A DNA stretch of 64,000 nucleotides from Pedobacter sp. (GTDB lineage Bacteria > Desulfobacterota > Desulfuromonadia > Desulfuromonadales > Syntrophotaleaceae), in contig JBFWJC010000003.1 of NCBI GenBank assembly GCA_050253415.1, forward strand, positions 32,001 through 96,000, read 5' to 3'. A program made the position numbers and the translations under genes. Positions 30,142 through 41,246 of this stretch are shown in pieces. The notes below the pieces were generated by a model. It did no database searches and was not told the DNA's origin. It saw only the letters and a list, made by a program, of their open reading frames with translations. Positions within the stretch are counted from its first letter, which is position 1, and each line of letters begins with the position of its first letter.

Positions 30142-31605
30142 CTAACGCATCATTTCAAAATGCTTGTCATCGCAAGTACGATCCACAATGTCGAGGAAGG
30201 TGTTGGCGATGGAGGTCAACAGATTGATGGTCCCCTGGTAACCGATGTACGGGCTGCGATGCAGGTTGACCCGGTCGATAATGGGGAATCCAACGCGGAT
30301 CAAGGGGATGCCGGCGTCGCGCGCCACGAACTTGCCGTGGGTGTCGCCGATCATGGCATCGACAGGATCGGTTGCGACCAGGCTGTGCAGATGCCACAGG
30401 TCCTTGTTCACCCAGATCTGGCAACCTTCCCCGTAAGGGGATTTATCCAACAGAGCCTGCAGGTACTTGGCGACCTTCTTGTTGCCGCGGCTGCAGAGGA
30501 TATGGTAGGGCCGCGCGCCCATTTCGAGCAGGAAGGAGATCATGCCGGCCAAGAAGTCCGGGTCGCCGTAAATAGCGAATTTTTTGTTATGCAGATACTG
30601 GTGGGCGTCGGTCATGGCGTCCACGGCGCGGCCGCGTTCGTCCTTGAGGGAAGCCGGTACGTCCTTGCCGAACAATTCGCCGAGTTTCATCAGGAATGCG
30701 TCGGTATTGGCTACGCCGATAGGGGAAGGCATCACTTCCACCGGAGCTTCGGTTTCGCTGTTGAACCACTTGATGGTTTCCTTGGTAGCGTGTTCCTGCA
30801 GCGAAAGGGTTGCGTGGGCGTTCAGGGCGTCGGCCGCTTCCACCAGAGGCGTACCGCCGGGATAGGGGCGGTAGGTGCCGTCCAGAGGCGAGTCGAAAGA
30901 CTCGGAAATGTCAGCCAGTACGGTCACGGGGATACCGAACTCTTTGCAGATTCGCTTGTATTCGCGGTAGTTGCCGGTGTTGGCATCAAACCCGGGAATC
31001 AGGTTGAGCTTACCGTTATCTTTCCCTTCGACCTTTTTGTCGGTGGTCAAATCCGCCATAATGGCTTTGAGCATCGCGTCGTACCCATGGATATGGGTGC
31101 CGTTAAAGCTCGGGGTGTTGGCGTAAGGGACGGGGAAATCCTGGGGAATGAGCCCGGCGTTACGCGCATTGATGATAAAGGCGTTAAGGTCGTCGCCGAT
31201 AACTTCCGGCATGCACGAGGTGAAAACCGCCATCATTTTAGGCTTATACAGATTGTAGGCGTTTTCCAAGCCTTCGTGCAGGTTGTTCTGGCCGCCGAAT
31301 ACGGCGCCGTCTTCGGTCATGGCGTCGGAAACGGCCGGTGCCGGCTCACGGAAGTGTCGGTTAAGGGTACTGCGGTAATACGACGCGCAGCCTTGGGAGC
31401 CGTGCACGAAAGGCAGGGTGCCTTCAAAACCGTGCGCGACCAGTTGTGCCCCGAGGGGCTGACAAGCATGGGCCGGGTTGATGACGGTTGCGGTACGGGC
31501 GAGGTTTTTTTCGCGGTACTCCTCGCTATTGATCCATTCTTTAACCCGAGCCACCTCTTCGGGGGTGATTTCGGTAACTTTTTTAACTGCGCATGTTTCA
31601 CTCAT
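30142..31605 (-). CDS. nifK: Nitrogenase MoFe protein beta chain
   Basis: INPAHACQPLGA, HGSQGCASY, MTEDGAVFGG, TSCMPEVIGDDL. Confidence 0.98.
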   Translation of the reverse strand: MSETCAVKKVTEITPEEVARVKEWINSEEYREKNLARTATVINPAHACQPLGAQLVAHGFEGTLPFVHGSQGCASYYRSTLNRHFREPAPAVSDAMTEDGAVFGGQNNLHEGLENAYNLYKPKMMAVFTSCMPEVIGDDLNAFIINARNAGLIPQDFPVPYANTPSFNGTHIHGYDAMLKAIMADLTTDKKVEGKDNGKLNLIPGFDANTGNYREYKRICKEFGIPVTVLADISESFDSPLDGTYRPYPGGTPLVEAADALNAHATLSLQEHATKETIKWFNSETEAPVEVMPSPIGVANTDAFLMKLGELFGKDVPASLKDERGRAVDAMTDAHQYLHNKKFAIYGDPDFLAGMISFLLEMGARPYHILCSRGNKKVAKYLQALLDKSPYGEGCQIWVNKDLWHLHSLVATDPVDAMIGDTHGKFVARDAGIPLIRVGFPIIDRVNLHRSPYIGYQGTINLLTSIANTFLDIVDRTCDDKHFEMMR

Positions 31606-31796
31606 GGCGAATACTCCTGTGCAAAGTGAGGTAGTGAGTAGCTAGGTAGTGAGAAAGCGGTGTTCTTAAGACTATCTCCCTATCTCGCTTTTAAGTGAGG
31701 TAGGCAGCGGTCGGACTGTGGGTAACCAACATCGTGCTGGACCATGTTGTTTCCTCTGCAGTTCCCTGTCTTCCTATCTCCCTTTCTCGCTGTTCC

Positions 31797-33257
31797 TTAA
31801 AATGGCGCCTTTACCAGGCCCCAGGTCGGGCTGTTAATGGCCATGTCCATGTCCCGGGCGAAAATCGGGAAACCGTCATAGGCATGGTAGGGTCCGGAAT
31901 AATCCCAGCTGTGCATCTGGCGGAAAGGAATACCGGCTTTCTGGAAGACGTATTTTTCCTTAACACCGCTGGCTACCAGGTCGGGGCGGTAGACTTCAGC
32001 CCATTTTTCCAGTTCGATTTCCGAGGCGTCGTCAAACACCAGGGTGCCTTTGGCCATCTCTTCGTAGGTGCGGTCGTAGTCGTCGTTATGGGCGAATTCA
32101 TAGCCTGCAGCAACGATTTCCATGCCGAGATCTTCATAAGCGCCGATGGTGTGACGGGGGCGCAGACCACCTACGAACAACATAACGCGTTTGCCTTCAA
32201 GGCGCGGACGGTACTCATCGATGACTGCCTGCATCTTGGGCTGATACGCTGCAATGATCTTTTCGGCGTTGTCCTGGATCTTCTGGTCAAAGCGAGCGGC
32301 AATGGCACGCAGGCTGGCAGCGATCTTGGACGGGCCGAAGAAGTTGAATTCCATCCAGGGGATACCGTATTTCTCTTCCATGACCTTCGCCATGTAGTTC
32401 ATGGACCGGTAGCAGTGGATGAGGTTCAGTTTTACCTGGTGGGTGGCGGCGATATGCTCGATCTGGCCGTCGCCGGTCCAGATGGCTTTGACGTTGAGCC
32501 CCATTTCTTCGAGGATCTTTTTCGAGGCCCAGGCGTCACCACCGATGTTATAGTCACCGATCAGGGCGATATCGTAATCCGTCGCCGGTTCGGCAAATTC
32601 GCGGGTGCCGATGATGTAGTCGCGAATGGTATCGTTGGAAATGTGATGACCCAACGACTGGCTGACGCCGCGGAAACCTTCGCAGTTACAGGGGACAACC
32701 GGGATTTTCAAATCATCCGAGGCTTTTTTTGCAACGGCGTTGATATCGTCGCCGATGAGACCGACCGGACACTCGGACAATACCGAAATACCTTTTGCCA
32801 GAGGGAACAGTTCGCGAACTTCATCACAGATCGTTGCGAGTTTTTTATCGCCGCCGTAGACGATGTCTTTTTCCTGGAAGTCGGAGGTGAACTGCATACC
32901 GCTGAAGACATCTACGCCCATGGTTCCGTCTACCAGGTTACGCCGGGTACCCCAGCTGTAGTAGCCACAACCGACCGGACCGTGGGAAATATGCACCATG
33001 TCGCGGATCGGGCCCCAGACGACGCCTTTGGCACCGGCGTAGGCGCAACCGCGGGCGCTCATGACGCCGGGGACGGTCTTGCGGTTGGACTTGACGACGC
33101 AGCCTTCGACGCCGGGGTCGTTGGCGGTCATGTGGGGAGCGCGTTTTTTACGGGCTTTTTCGGTATAGAGCTCAAGAGTCTCTTCAATCAGCGCTTCCGT
33201 CTTCTCTTTTTCGATGCCCTCAAGGGGAGCCTTGACGGCTGCATTTTCGTTTTCCAT
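31797..33257 (-). CDS. nifD: Nitrogenase MoFe protein alpha chain
   Basis: [43 protein letters not shown] (FeMo-co ligands Cys and His intact). Confidence 0.98.
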   Translation of the reverse strand: MENENAAVKAPLEGIEKEKTEALIEETLELYTEKARKKRAPHMTANDPGVEGCVVKSNRKTVPGVMSARGCAYAGAKGVVWGPIRDMVHISHGPVGCGYYSWGTRRNLVDGTMGVDVFSGMQFTSDFQEKDIVYGGDKKLATICDEVRELFPLAKGISVLSECPVGLIGDDINAVAKKASDDLKIPVVPCNCEGFRGVSQSLGHHISNDTIRDYIIGTREFAEPATDYDIALIGDYNIGGDAWASKKILEEMGLNVKAIWTGDGQIEHIAATHQVKLNLIHCYRSMNYMAKVMEEKYGIPWMEFNFFGPSKIAASLRAIAARFDQKIQDNAEKIIAAYQPKMQAVIDEYRPRLEGKRVMLFVGGLRPRHTIGAYEDLGMEIVAAGYEFAHNDDYDRTYEEMAKGTLVFDDASEIELEKWAEVYRPDLVASGVKEKYVFQKAGIPFRQMHSWDYSGPYHAYDGFPIFARDMDMAINSPTWGLVKAPF

Positions 33258-33333
33258 GGGTAACTCCTGTGGTGATGGCTGGTAGGGGGTGGCGGCCCGG
33301 CCGGGGGCCGCCGTTCCCAATGCTGTCTATTCG

Positions 33334-34299
<966 letters not shown>

Positions 34300-34321
34300 T
34301 TAATAGCCTGTTAATGTCCTG

Positions 34322-34402
34322 AAAAATAAAAAGCCCACAATGACAGGGAATCTTCTGTCGTCGTGGGCGTCGTTGCCGTAAGCCTGACACGCCATTGTGT
34401 CA
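34322..34402 (-). promoter_or_regulatory. ANTAR twin hairpin overlapping an intrinsic terminator (nifH leader)
   Basis: RNA UGACAC-AAUGGC-GUGUCA, then GGC-AACGAC-GCC overlapping GCCCAC...GUGGGC-UUUUUAUUUUU. Confidence 0.9.
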
Positions 34403-34423
34403 TGTGCTTTCGGTTATCCTTGT

Positions 34424-34439
34424 TGCAGGGGGCGTGCCA
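34424..34439 (-). promoter_or_regulatory. Sigma54 promoter of nifHDK
   Basis: TGGCAC-GCCCC-CTGCA. Confidence 0.88.
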
Positions 34440-34709
34440 AGATTGAATTGCCCAAAATAGCGGCTTTTGGCTTGCATGGTGGCGAGAAAATGCTGCCTTT
34501 TTGAGGATGGTGGTTAATCCTTGTGCAAAATAGGTATGGATCAGGTTTCAAAAAAAAACCGTGTTTGTATGAGGTTGTGGTTGGTACTCCAGTAAATAGC
34601 TCAATTTAGAACAGACGGGCTATTTGTTCTTGGTCACTTGTCATTTGTGACTTCGAGTTGCGGGGGCGGGGGGACAGGACGAATGACCAAGGACAAAGGA
34701 CGGGGTAAA

Positions 34710-34749
34710 GACAAAGCCCCGCCCGTGCATGCACGGGCGGGGCTTTGTC
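34710..34749. terminator. Perfect 40-bp palindrome just after the speA stop
   Basis: GACAAAGCCCCGCCCGTGCA-TGCACGGGCGGGGCTTTGTC. Confidence 0.75.
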
Positions 34750-34761
34750 ATATATTTAGGG

Positions 34762-36723
34762 TCAGATGCTGCCCAGGTAGGTGTAGGACACCAGCGCCTT
34801 ATCAAGCAGTTCCAGGAAATGGCTGGTTTCCTCAAAGGAGATTTTGCGCGATGCGACGCCTTTTTCCAAGGTGTCGCGGACGTGCTTGAGAATTTCCGGA
34901 CCCTTGTACTGTACGTACTTGAGGCTTTCCCAGGTGGCGTCACCGTTGATCACGGTATCTATTTTATAATTAGTCTTGCGGTTGAAGGTGACGTGCACGG
35001 CGTTGGTGTCGCCGAACAGGTTGTGCAGATCACCGAGGATCTCCTGATAGGCACCGATCAGGAAAAAGCCTATATAATAGTCTTCGCCGGCTTCGATTTT
35101 ATGAATGGGCAAAAATTCGGTACGGCCGTTTTCACCAACGAAACTTGTGATCTCTCCGTCGGAATCGCAAGTGATGTCCGCGATGGAGGCCATGACCTCC
35201 GGTTTTTGCTGGAGTCGCTGGATCGGCACGATAGGAAACAGCTGATCGATGGCCCAGGAGTCGGGCAGCGACTGAAACAGCGAGAAATTTGCAAAATAGG
35301 TCTGGCGCAGGCTCAGGTGGAACTCCTGCAACTCATCGGGAACCGTTTTGAGACGTTCCACAATGCTGGTGATTTTGATAAAGATCTTGCTGCACAGCCA
35401 TTCCGCCAGGGCCCTGTCCTGCAGGTTCAGATATCCGAGGTTGAACAGGCTGACCGCTTCCTGAATCAACTGAATGGTATCGTGGTAGTCGACGCGCAGC
35501 GAATGGCGATCGAGGCTCTGGTAGATATCGACCAGTTTTTTTACCGTCGGTGAAAGGTTTTCGGTGTTTTCCAGGATCTGGTCAAAATCGGGCAGCGCGT
35601 TCTGGGTATTGGTGTTAAGAATATTGGTGACCAGCACCGAGTAATGGGCGACGGTGGCACGTCCCGATTCGGAGATGATATTCGGGCAGGCAACCCCGGC
35701 CTCGTCGCAAATATTTTTTACCTGATAGACGACATCGTTGGCATATTCGTCAATGGTATAGTTGGCGCTGGAGAAATCACTGGATTTTGAACCGTCGTAA
35801 TCGACGCCCATGCCGCCGCCGATATCCATATATTCAAGATTGACCCCCATTTTGCGCATTTCAACATAGATACGAGTACCTTCGATAAGGGCGTTTTTGA
35901 TCTTATCGATCTTGGTAATCTGGCTGCCTATATGAAAGTGCAGCAGATTGAGCGTGTCGAGCATGTCATGTTCTTTAAGGATCTCTACGGCCGCTAAAAG
36001 TTCCGAGATTTTGAGACCGAACTTGGCGTCATCCCCGCCGGAGGTGGCCCACTTGCCGGTACCCTTGGAGGAGAGCTTGACCCGAATGCCGAGCTTGGGC
36101 ACGATGCCCGCCTGCTTGGACAGGGAAATGACTTTTTCCAGTTCGAACAATTTTTCGACAACGATGGTAATGTCGTAGCCAATGCGGGTGGCGTAGAGGA
36201 CCATTTCGATAAAATCGTTGTCCTTATAGCCGTTGCAGATGATCGGAATATTCTCTCCGGTAGCAAAAGAGATGGCCGCTACCAGTTCCGGCTTGGAACC
36301 GACTTCCAGGCCCATGTTGTGCTTTTTGCCGAAATGGGCAATCGCCTCGACAACCTGGCGCTGCTGGTTAACCTTGATGGGAAAAAAGGTCTGGTAGTTG
36401 GCGGGATAATCGTATTCCGCAATAGCGTTTTTAAACGCGCGGTTGATCCCGGCGATACGCCCCTGCAGAACGTCCATGAAGCGCAGCAGAATCGGCGGCT
36501 TGATATTGCGCTTGATGAGGTCGTCCACCAGTGCCCGCAGGTCGATGGAGTATTTGGAACTCGGCGAGGGGTGGACACACATATTCCCCTTCTTGTTGAT
36601 GGAGAAGAAATCGTCCCCCCAGTTAGGCAGGTTGTAGACTTTTGCAGAGTCCTTGATCGACCAGCGTTTCATAGGCGTCACCCGTGGTTTGTTGATTGGT
36701 GTCTCGGAAGGGTTTGATACCAT
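34762..36723 (-). CDS. speA: Biosynthetic arginine decarboxylase
   Basis: FPIKVNQ (PLP Lys), GLEVGSKPEL, HFHIGSQI, DITCDSDG, GAYQEILGDLHNLFGD. Confidence 0.97.
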   Translation of the reverse strand: MVSNPSETPINKPRVTPMKRWSIKDSAKVYNLPNWGDDFFSINKKGNMCVHPSPSSKYSIDLRALVDDLIKRNIKPPILLRFMDVLQGRIAGINRAFKNAIAEYDYPANYQTFFPIKVNQQRQVVEAIAHFGKKHNMGLEVGSKPELVAAISFATGENIPIICNGYKDNDFIEMVLYATRIGYDITIVVEKLFELEKVISLSKQAGIVPKLGIRVKLSSKGTGKWATSGGDDAKFGLKISELLAAVEILKEHDMLDTLNLLHFHIGSQITKIDKIKNALIEGTRIYVEMRKMGVNLEYMDIGGGMGVDYDGSKSSDFSSANYTIDEYANDVVYQVKNICDEAGVACPNIISESGRATVAHYSVLVTNILNTNTQNALPDFDQILENTENLSPTVKKLVDIYQSLDRHSLRVDYHDTIQLIQEAVSLFNLGYLNLQDRALAEWLCSKIFIKITSIVERLKTVPDELQEFHLSLRQTYFANFSLFQSLPDSWAIDQLFPIVPIQRLQQKPEVMASIADITCDSDGEITSFVGENGRTEFLPIHKIEAGEDYYIGFFLIGAYQEILGDLHNLFGDTNAVHVTFNRKTNYKIDTVINGDATWESLKYVQYKGPEILKHVRDTLEKGVASRKISFEETSHFLELLDKALVSYTYLGSI

Positions 36724-36756
36724 CCCGCAAAAAAATATCGAATCACCGACCGCATA

Positions 36757-37911
36757 TCAGGCCAGACGATTTTTAAAATCCTCGTAGCCGAAGCTGCGCA
36801 CGATCGTTAATTCCCCAGTATCCGGCTCGAAGGTGCAGATATGCGGGTGCTGAATACCGTTAAAGGTGGTGGTCTTGACCATGGTGTAATGCGACATGTC
36901 AAGAAACGCCAACCGTTTTCCGGGGTAAAGAGGCTGATCGAAAGACCAGTCACCGATTACGTCTCCGGCCAGGCACGAAGGCCCTCCCAGGCGATAGGTA
37001 CAGGCTTTTTCACCGGCGTCGTACCCATGGAAGACCCCGGGACGATAGGGCATTTCAAGCACATCAGGCATATGGCAGGTGGCGGAGATATCGAGGATAG
37101 CGGTATCGACCTGGTTATGTACTACATCCATTACTTCGCCGACCAGCAGGCCGGTGCCGATGGCGATGGCTTCTCCCGGTTCGAGATAGACCTGAACACC
37201 GTATTTTTCCTGAAAGTACTTGATCAGTTCCACCAGACCGTCGATATCGTAACCCTCGCGGGTGATGTGATGGCCGCCGCCGAAATTCAACCACTTCATC
37301 TGGGGCAAAAATTTACCGAACTTTTCTTCCACGACTTTGGCCGTGCGCGCCAACGGTTCGAAAAGTTGTTCGCACAGCGTGTGAAAATGCAGACCATCCA
37401 CACCATTCAGCGATTTGCCCTCAAACTCCGCCCGGCGGATGCCGAGTCGCGACCCTGGAGCACAGGGATCGTACAGAGCGGTATGCCCCTCGGAATGCTC
37501 CGGATTGATGCGCAAACCGACCGACACCCGGCCCTGCTCCTTTTGCCACAGCGGGCGGAATCGCTCCAGTTGCGCAAAAGAATTGAACACCAGGTGATTG
37601 GAGATGCCAAGTAATTCGACAACATCGCTTTCCTTGAACGCTGCAGCGAAACTGTGCACTTCGCGGCCAAATTCTTCGCGTCCGAGGCGGGCCTCCCACG
37701 GCGAACTGGCGCAGACCCCGTGCAGCGTCTCACGAATCAGCGGAAACACCTTCCACAAGGCAAAAGCCTTAAGAGCCATCAGGATTTTCGCGCCGCTGCG
37801 CTTTTGCACCTGGTCGAGAATCTCCAGGTTGTGCCGCAGTCGCCCAAGGTCGACCACGTAAGCCGGAGACGGTGCAAGCTCAAGAATTTTAGGAATATCG
37901 ATACCGGTCAC
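36757..37911 (-). CDS. nspC: Carboxy(nor)spermidine decarboxylase
   Basis: MALKAFA, YDPCAPGSRLG, GLHFHTLCEQ, HMPDVLEMPY, SCLAGD, HYTMVKTTTFNG. Confidence 0.95.
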   Translation of the reverse strand: MTGIDIPKILELAPSPAYVVDLGRLRHNLEILDQVQKRSGAKILMALKAFALWKVFPLIRETLHGVCASSPWEARLGREEFGREVHSFAAAFKESDVVELLGISNHLVFNSFAQLERFRPLWQKEQGRVSVGLRINPEHSEGHTALYDPCAPGSRLGIRRAEFEGKSLNGVDGLHFHTLCEQLFEPLARTAKVVEEKFGKFLPQMKWLNFGGGHHITREGYDIDGLVELIKYFQEKYGVQVYLEPGEAIAIGTGLLVGEVMDVVHNQVDTAILDISATCHMPDVLEMPYRPGVFHGYDAGEKACTYRLGGPSCLAGDVIGDWSFDQPLYPGKRLAFLDMSHYTMVKTTTFNGIQHPHICTFEPDTGELTIVRSFGYEDFKNRLA

Positions 37912-38035
37912 AATGGCCTCGTTTCAGCAGGGTGTGTCAGGGCAGACCGAATGCCGAAGACCCATAGCGCATGTTATGGATCTTCGGCGAGTACACCCTT
38001 TGTGTAGAGCTTGCAGCATGCTGCTGATAGCCGAA

Positions 38036-39235
38036 TTAAAGTTCCGGCCACTCGCCGCCGTCGATGACCACTGTCGGCAGGCCCATGGGGCCGAGTACGT
38101 CGAGGAACAGTTCGGGGTCGAACTGCTCCATGTTAAAGACCCCTTCACCGCGCCATTTGCCGGTCAGCATCATCATGGCACCGACCGCCGCCGGTACGCC
38201 GGTGGTGTAGCTGATGGCCTGTGAATTGACTTCCTTGTAGCAGGCCTCATGGTCGCAGATGTTGTAGATGTAAACCTGCTTGCGCTTGCCGTCTTTGATA
38301 CCGCGGGCAATCACGCCGATACAGGTGCGGCCTTTGGTCAGCGGACCGAGGCTGCCGGGATCGGGAAGTACGGCTTTGAGAAACTGCAGGGGCACGATCT
38401 TCTGTCCCTGGTACTCGACTTCGTCGATACGGGTCATGCCGACATTCTGCAATACCTCCAGATGCTTGAGGTAGTTGTCGGAAAAGGTCATCCAGAACTG
38501 GGCCTTTTTGATCGTCGGAATGTGCTTGACCAGCGATTCCATCTCCTCATGGTACATGCGGTAGATATTCATCGGACCGATCGCCTCGGGGAAGTCGAAG
38601 CTGTGCTTGGTGCTCAAAGCCGGGGTCTCGATCCACTGGCCGTTTTCCCAGTGACGGCAGGGAGCGGTGACCTCGCGGATATTGATTTCCGGATTGAAGT
38701 TAGTGGCAAACGGTTGACCATGGCTGCCGGCGTTGGCATCGATGATGTCGATTTCGTGAATCTCATCCAGATATTTCTTTGCCGCCAGTGCGGTATAGAC
38801 GTTGGTCACGCCCGGATCAAAACCGCTGCCGAGCAATGCCATAAGGCCTTTTTCCTTGAAGCGGTCATGGTAGGCCCACTGCCAGCTGTATTCGAATTTT
38901 GCTGTGTCGATGGGCTCGTAGTTGGCGGTATCGAGGTAATCGACCCCTGTCTCCAGGCAGGCATCCATGATGGTCAGGTCCTGGTAAGGCAGGGCCACGT
39001 TGAGCACCAGTTGGGGCTTTTCCTGTTTGATCAGAGCCACCAGTTCCGGCACGTTGTCCGCATCGACCTGGGCGGTTTTGATGGGAAAATCGGGGATCTC
39101 AGCGGCAATGGCGTCGCATTTGGACTTGGTCCGGGAAGCCAGCGTGATTGCACTGAACACGTCTTTCGCCTGGGCGCATTTGTGTACCACGACACGGCCT
39201 ACGCCACCTGCACCAATAATCAGCACCTTGCTCAT
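38036..39235 (-). CDS. Carboxy(nor)spermidine dehydrogenase/synthase (saccharopine dehydrogenase family)
   Basis: IIGAGGVG, NVALPYQDL, YLDTANYE, GSGFDPG, FATNFNPEINIRE. Confidence 0.95.
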   Translation of the reverse strand: MSKVLIIGAGGVGRVVVHKCAQAKDVFSAITLASRTKSKCDAIAAEIPDFPIKTAQVDADNVPELVALIKQEKPQLVLNVALPYQDLTIMDACLETGVDYLDTANYEPIDTAKFEYSWQWAYHDRFKEKGLMALLGSGFDPGVTNVYTALAAKKYLDEIHEIDIIDANAGSHGQPFATNFNPEINIREVTAPCRHWENGQWIETPALSTKHSFDFPEAIGPMNIYRMYHEEMESLVKHIPTIKKAQFWMTFSDNYLKHLEVLQNVGMTRIDEVEYQGQKIVPLQFLKAVLPDPGSLGPLTKGRTCIGVIARGIKDGKRKQVYIYNICDHEACYKEVNSQAISYTTGVPAAVGAMMMLTGKWRGEGVFNMEQFDPELFLDVLGPMGLPTVVIDGGEWPEL

Positions 39236-39380
39236 GGTTGTAATCCTTTTTAAGTTGATAGCCTGAAGTCTGGAGCCCCTTCGGATTATGCGACCGAAAT
39301 CTTACAGTACTCAGGATGTTTCCATTGGTCGACTTCTCAACCGCGAGGCGTGAATGCGCCGTACGGCTAATTCAGCCTTT

Positions 39381-39935
39381 TTATTTGCCCCTGTAGTCAA
39401 AAGTGGGCGGGGTTACCACCCATAAAATCTTGGCTGGGCCCTTGCCAATATTCTTGACCATGTGCCGCCGGTCCGAGGTGAAGAAAAAGCATTCGTTTTT
39501 CTTTACCGTGTACACTTTGTCATCCAGGCGGACCTGAATGCGTCCGAGCAGTACATAGCCAAACTCTTCACCTTCGTGAAAGTCCTGTTCATCCATTTCG
39601 GCGTCGGGTTCGAGAGTGACCAGAGCCGGATCCATCTCGCGGTTCTGAGCGCCGGGCACCAGCAGTTCCACTTTGACCGCATCGCCATCGTTGGTGGATT
39701 GGACGCGGGCATCGGCACCAAACACCACCTCGGTATCGACCGGATCGGTGAAGAATTCCTGCATGCTCACTCCGAAGACATCGAGAATGTCCTTGAGCGT
39801 TGCGATGGAAGGGCACGCCGTATCGTTTTCCAACTGGGAAATGTATCCCTTGGTCAAATCCGCACGGTTGCCGAGTTCCTCCTGGGTGAGCGAGTTGATC
39901 ATCCTGAGTCGCTTGAGTTTTTCCCCGATGTTCAA
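39381..39935 (-). CDS. XRE-HTH plus cupin transcriptional regulator (PuuR-like)
   Basis: IGEKLKRLR..LTQEEL..LTKGYISQLE; HEGEEFGYV; probable TTG start after GGAG. Confidence 0.9.
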   Translation of the reverse strand: MNIGEKLKRLRMINSLTQEELGNRADLTKGYISQLENDTACPSIATLKDILDVFGVSMQEFFTDPVDTEVVFGADARVQSTNDGDAVKVELLVPGAQNREMDPALVTLEPDAEMDEQDFHEGEEFGYVLLGRIQVRLDDKVYTVKKNECFFFTSDRRHMVKNIGKGPAKILWVVTPPTFDYRGK

Positions 39936-40022
39936 ACCGCGCTCCGTGGTTAGAGGGTATGCCTGGCTAAGGGTGAAATCCGGCGCTGATAATAGGGTTT
40001 TTCGCCACTTTGTCAACAATAA

Positions 40023-40041
40023 AGTTTAGGTATTATAAACT
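40023..40041. promoter_or_regulatory. Palindromic operator candidate beside a TTGACA -35 of the polyamine operon
   Basis: AGTTTA-N7-TAAACT; minus-strand TTGACA at 40011-40016. Confidence 0.5.
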
Positions 40042-40328
40042 AAATGAATACTGGGATGACAAAGAAAGTTTTTACCTGCAACCGGAAAATGTAGTCATGT
40101 TTCCGTATTTATTCGTTTTTTAATAAATCCCCGAAGTGCATGAAGTGCGCTTGCATGTTCAGAGTATAACAAAAAGGCTAGGTTGTGCTGCCGGGAAAGA
40201 CCTGGAATGGCCGTATCCGTTTGAGTAGACAAAGTGGATGGGGGTGAAATTTTTGTTACGAGGGGGAGAGGCGTTGGCTGCTGGGGGCGTCTTATGGGTC
40301 CTGTCGGCGGAGGCCCATTGCTGATATC

Positions 40329-41246
40329 TCAGATTTCCAGTAGTTGTTTTCCCAGAGGAGATAAACGTACCAGGCGTTCTGCCAGGGTCATCGCTTCGGC
40401 TTTAACTTTGGGATCGAGCTTTTTCAACCATTGTCTGGGCATCGGCTCGTCGGCATAAGAGGCCCCGGCTATCATGCCGGCAATGGCGCCGGTGGTATCG
40501 GCATCGCCACCTTGATTGACCACTCCGATAAGGCACTCCTCAAAATGCGCGGTACTGAAAAAGTAGTGAAAAACCGTTTTCAGGGTATCCACCACATAAG
40601 CCGAAGCTTCGCCGCGATAATGGGTGCAGCGGAACTTTGGCTGTTCGCTGACAAGGTCTCGTACGATGCTATGCAGTTGCGGACGGTCGGCACCGAGCAG
40701 GGCTTGCTGCACCAGTTTGCCCACGGCAATGCAACCCGCGTCGGAGAGGTGATGATTATGGGTCAGATGGGCTTGTTCCAGGCTACACTTTTCAAGCAAA
40801 GCCTCGTCGCCAAGGGTATAAAGAGCCACCGGCAGCATGCGCATGGCTGCACCGTTACCGCCATCCCAGTCGCTGAAGGGTTTTTCCAGTTGGCCAGTCA
40901 TGATGAAATCGCTGATTCCGCGCCGGCAGGTGGCACCGACATCGATCGGTTTGCTGCGCAACCAGCCTGCGAAATGCTCGGCAATGCCGCGCAGGTTCCA
41001 ACCGTCAGACTCGTCGATGGCGCGGGCGATGCAGAGGCTCATCTCCGTGTCGTCGGTGACCTTGCCCGGTTTGAGGTTGAGCCACCCTCCGCCGATGATG
41101 CGACGATGGACTTTATGGCGAAATTTGATTTCCGAAGGGGTGAGAAATTCGGTAGTAGCGCCCAGGGCATCCCCGATGGCCAGGCCTAAAAAGGCGGATT
41201 GGGCGCGGCGGATGAGGTCTTTCAGCAAGGGCGGGGTCTCACTCAT
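40329..41246 (-). CDS. draG: ADP-ribosyl-[dinitrogen reductase] hydrolase
   Basis: GDALGATTEF, VTDDTEMS, GNGAAMR, GGDADTTGAIAG. Confidence 0.96.
   Translation of the reverse strand: MSETPPLLKDLIRRAQSAFLGLAIGDALGATTEFLTPSEIKFRHKVHRRIIGGGWLNLKPGKVTDDTEMSLCIARAIDESDGWNLRGIAEHFAGWLRSKPIDVGATCRRGISDFIMTGQLEKPFSDWDGGNGAAMRMLPVALYTLGDEALLEKCSLEQAHLTHNHHLSDAGCIAVGKLVQQALLGADRPQLHSIVRDLVSEQPKFRCTHYRGEASAYVVDTLKTVFHYFFSTAHFEECLIGVVNQGGDADTTGAIAGMIAGASYADEPMPRQWLKKLDPKVKAEAMTLAERLVRLSPLGKQLLEI

Noticed and set aside
31797..33257. Alternative (V or Fe-only) nitrogenase
   Set aside because: No vnfG/anfG between D and K; HCYRS and FRQMHSWDY motifs plus modABC indicate Mo-nitrogenase
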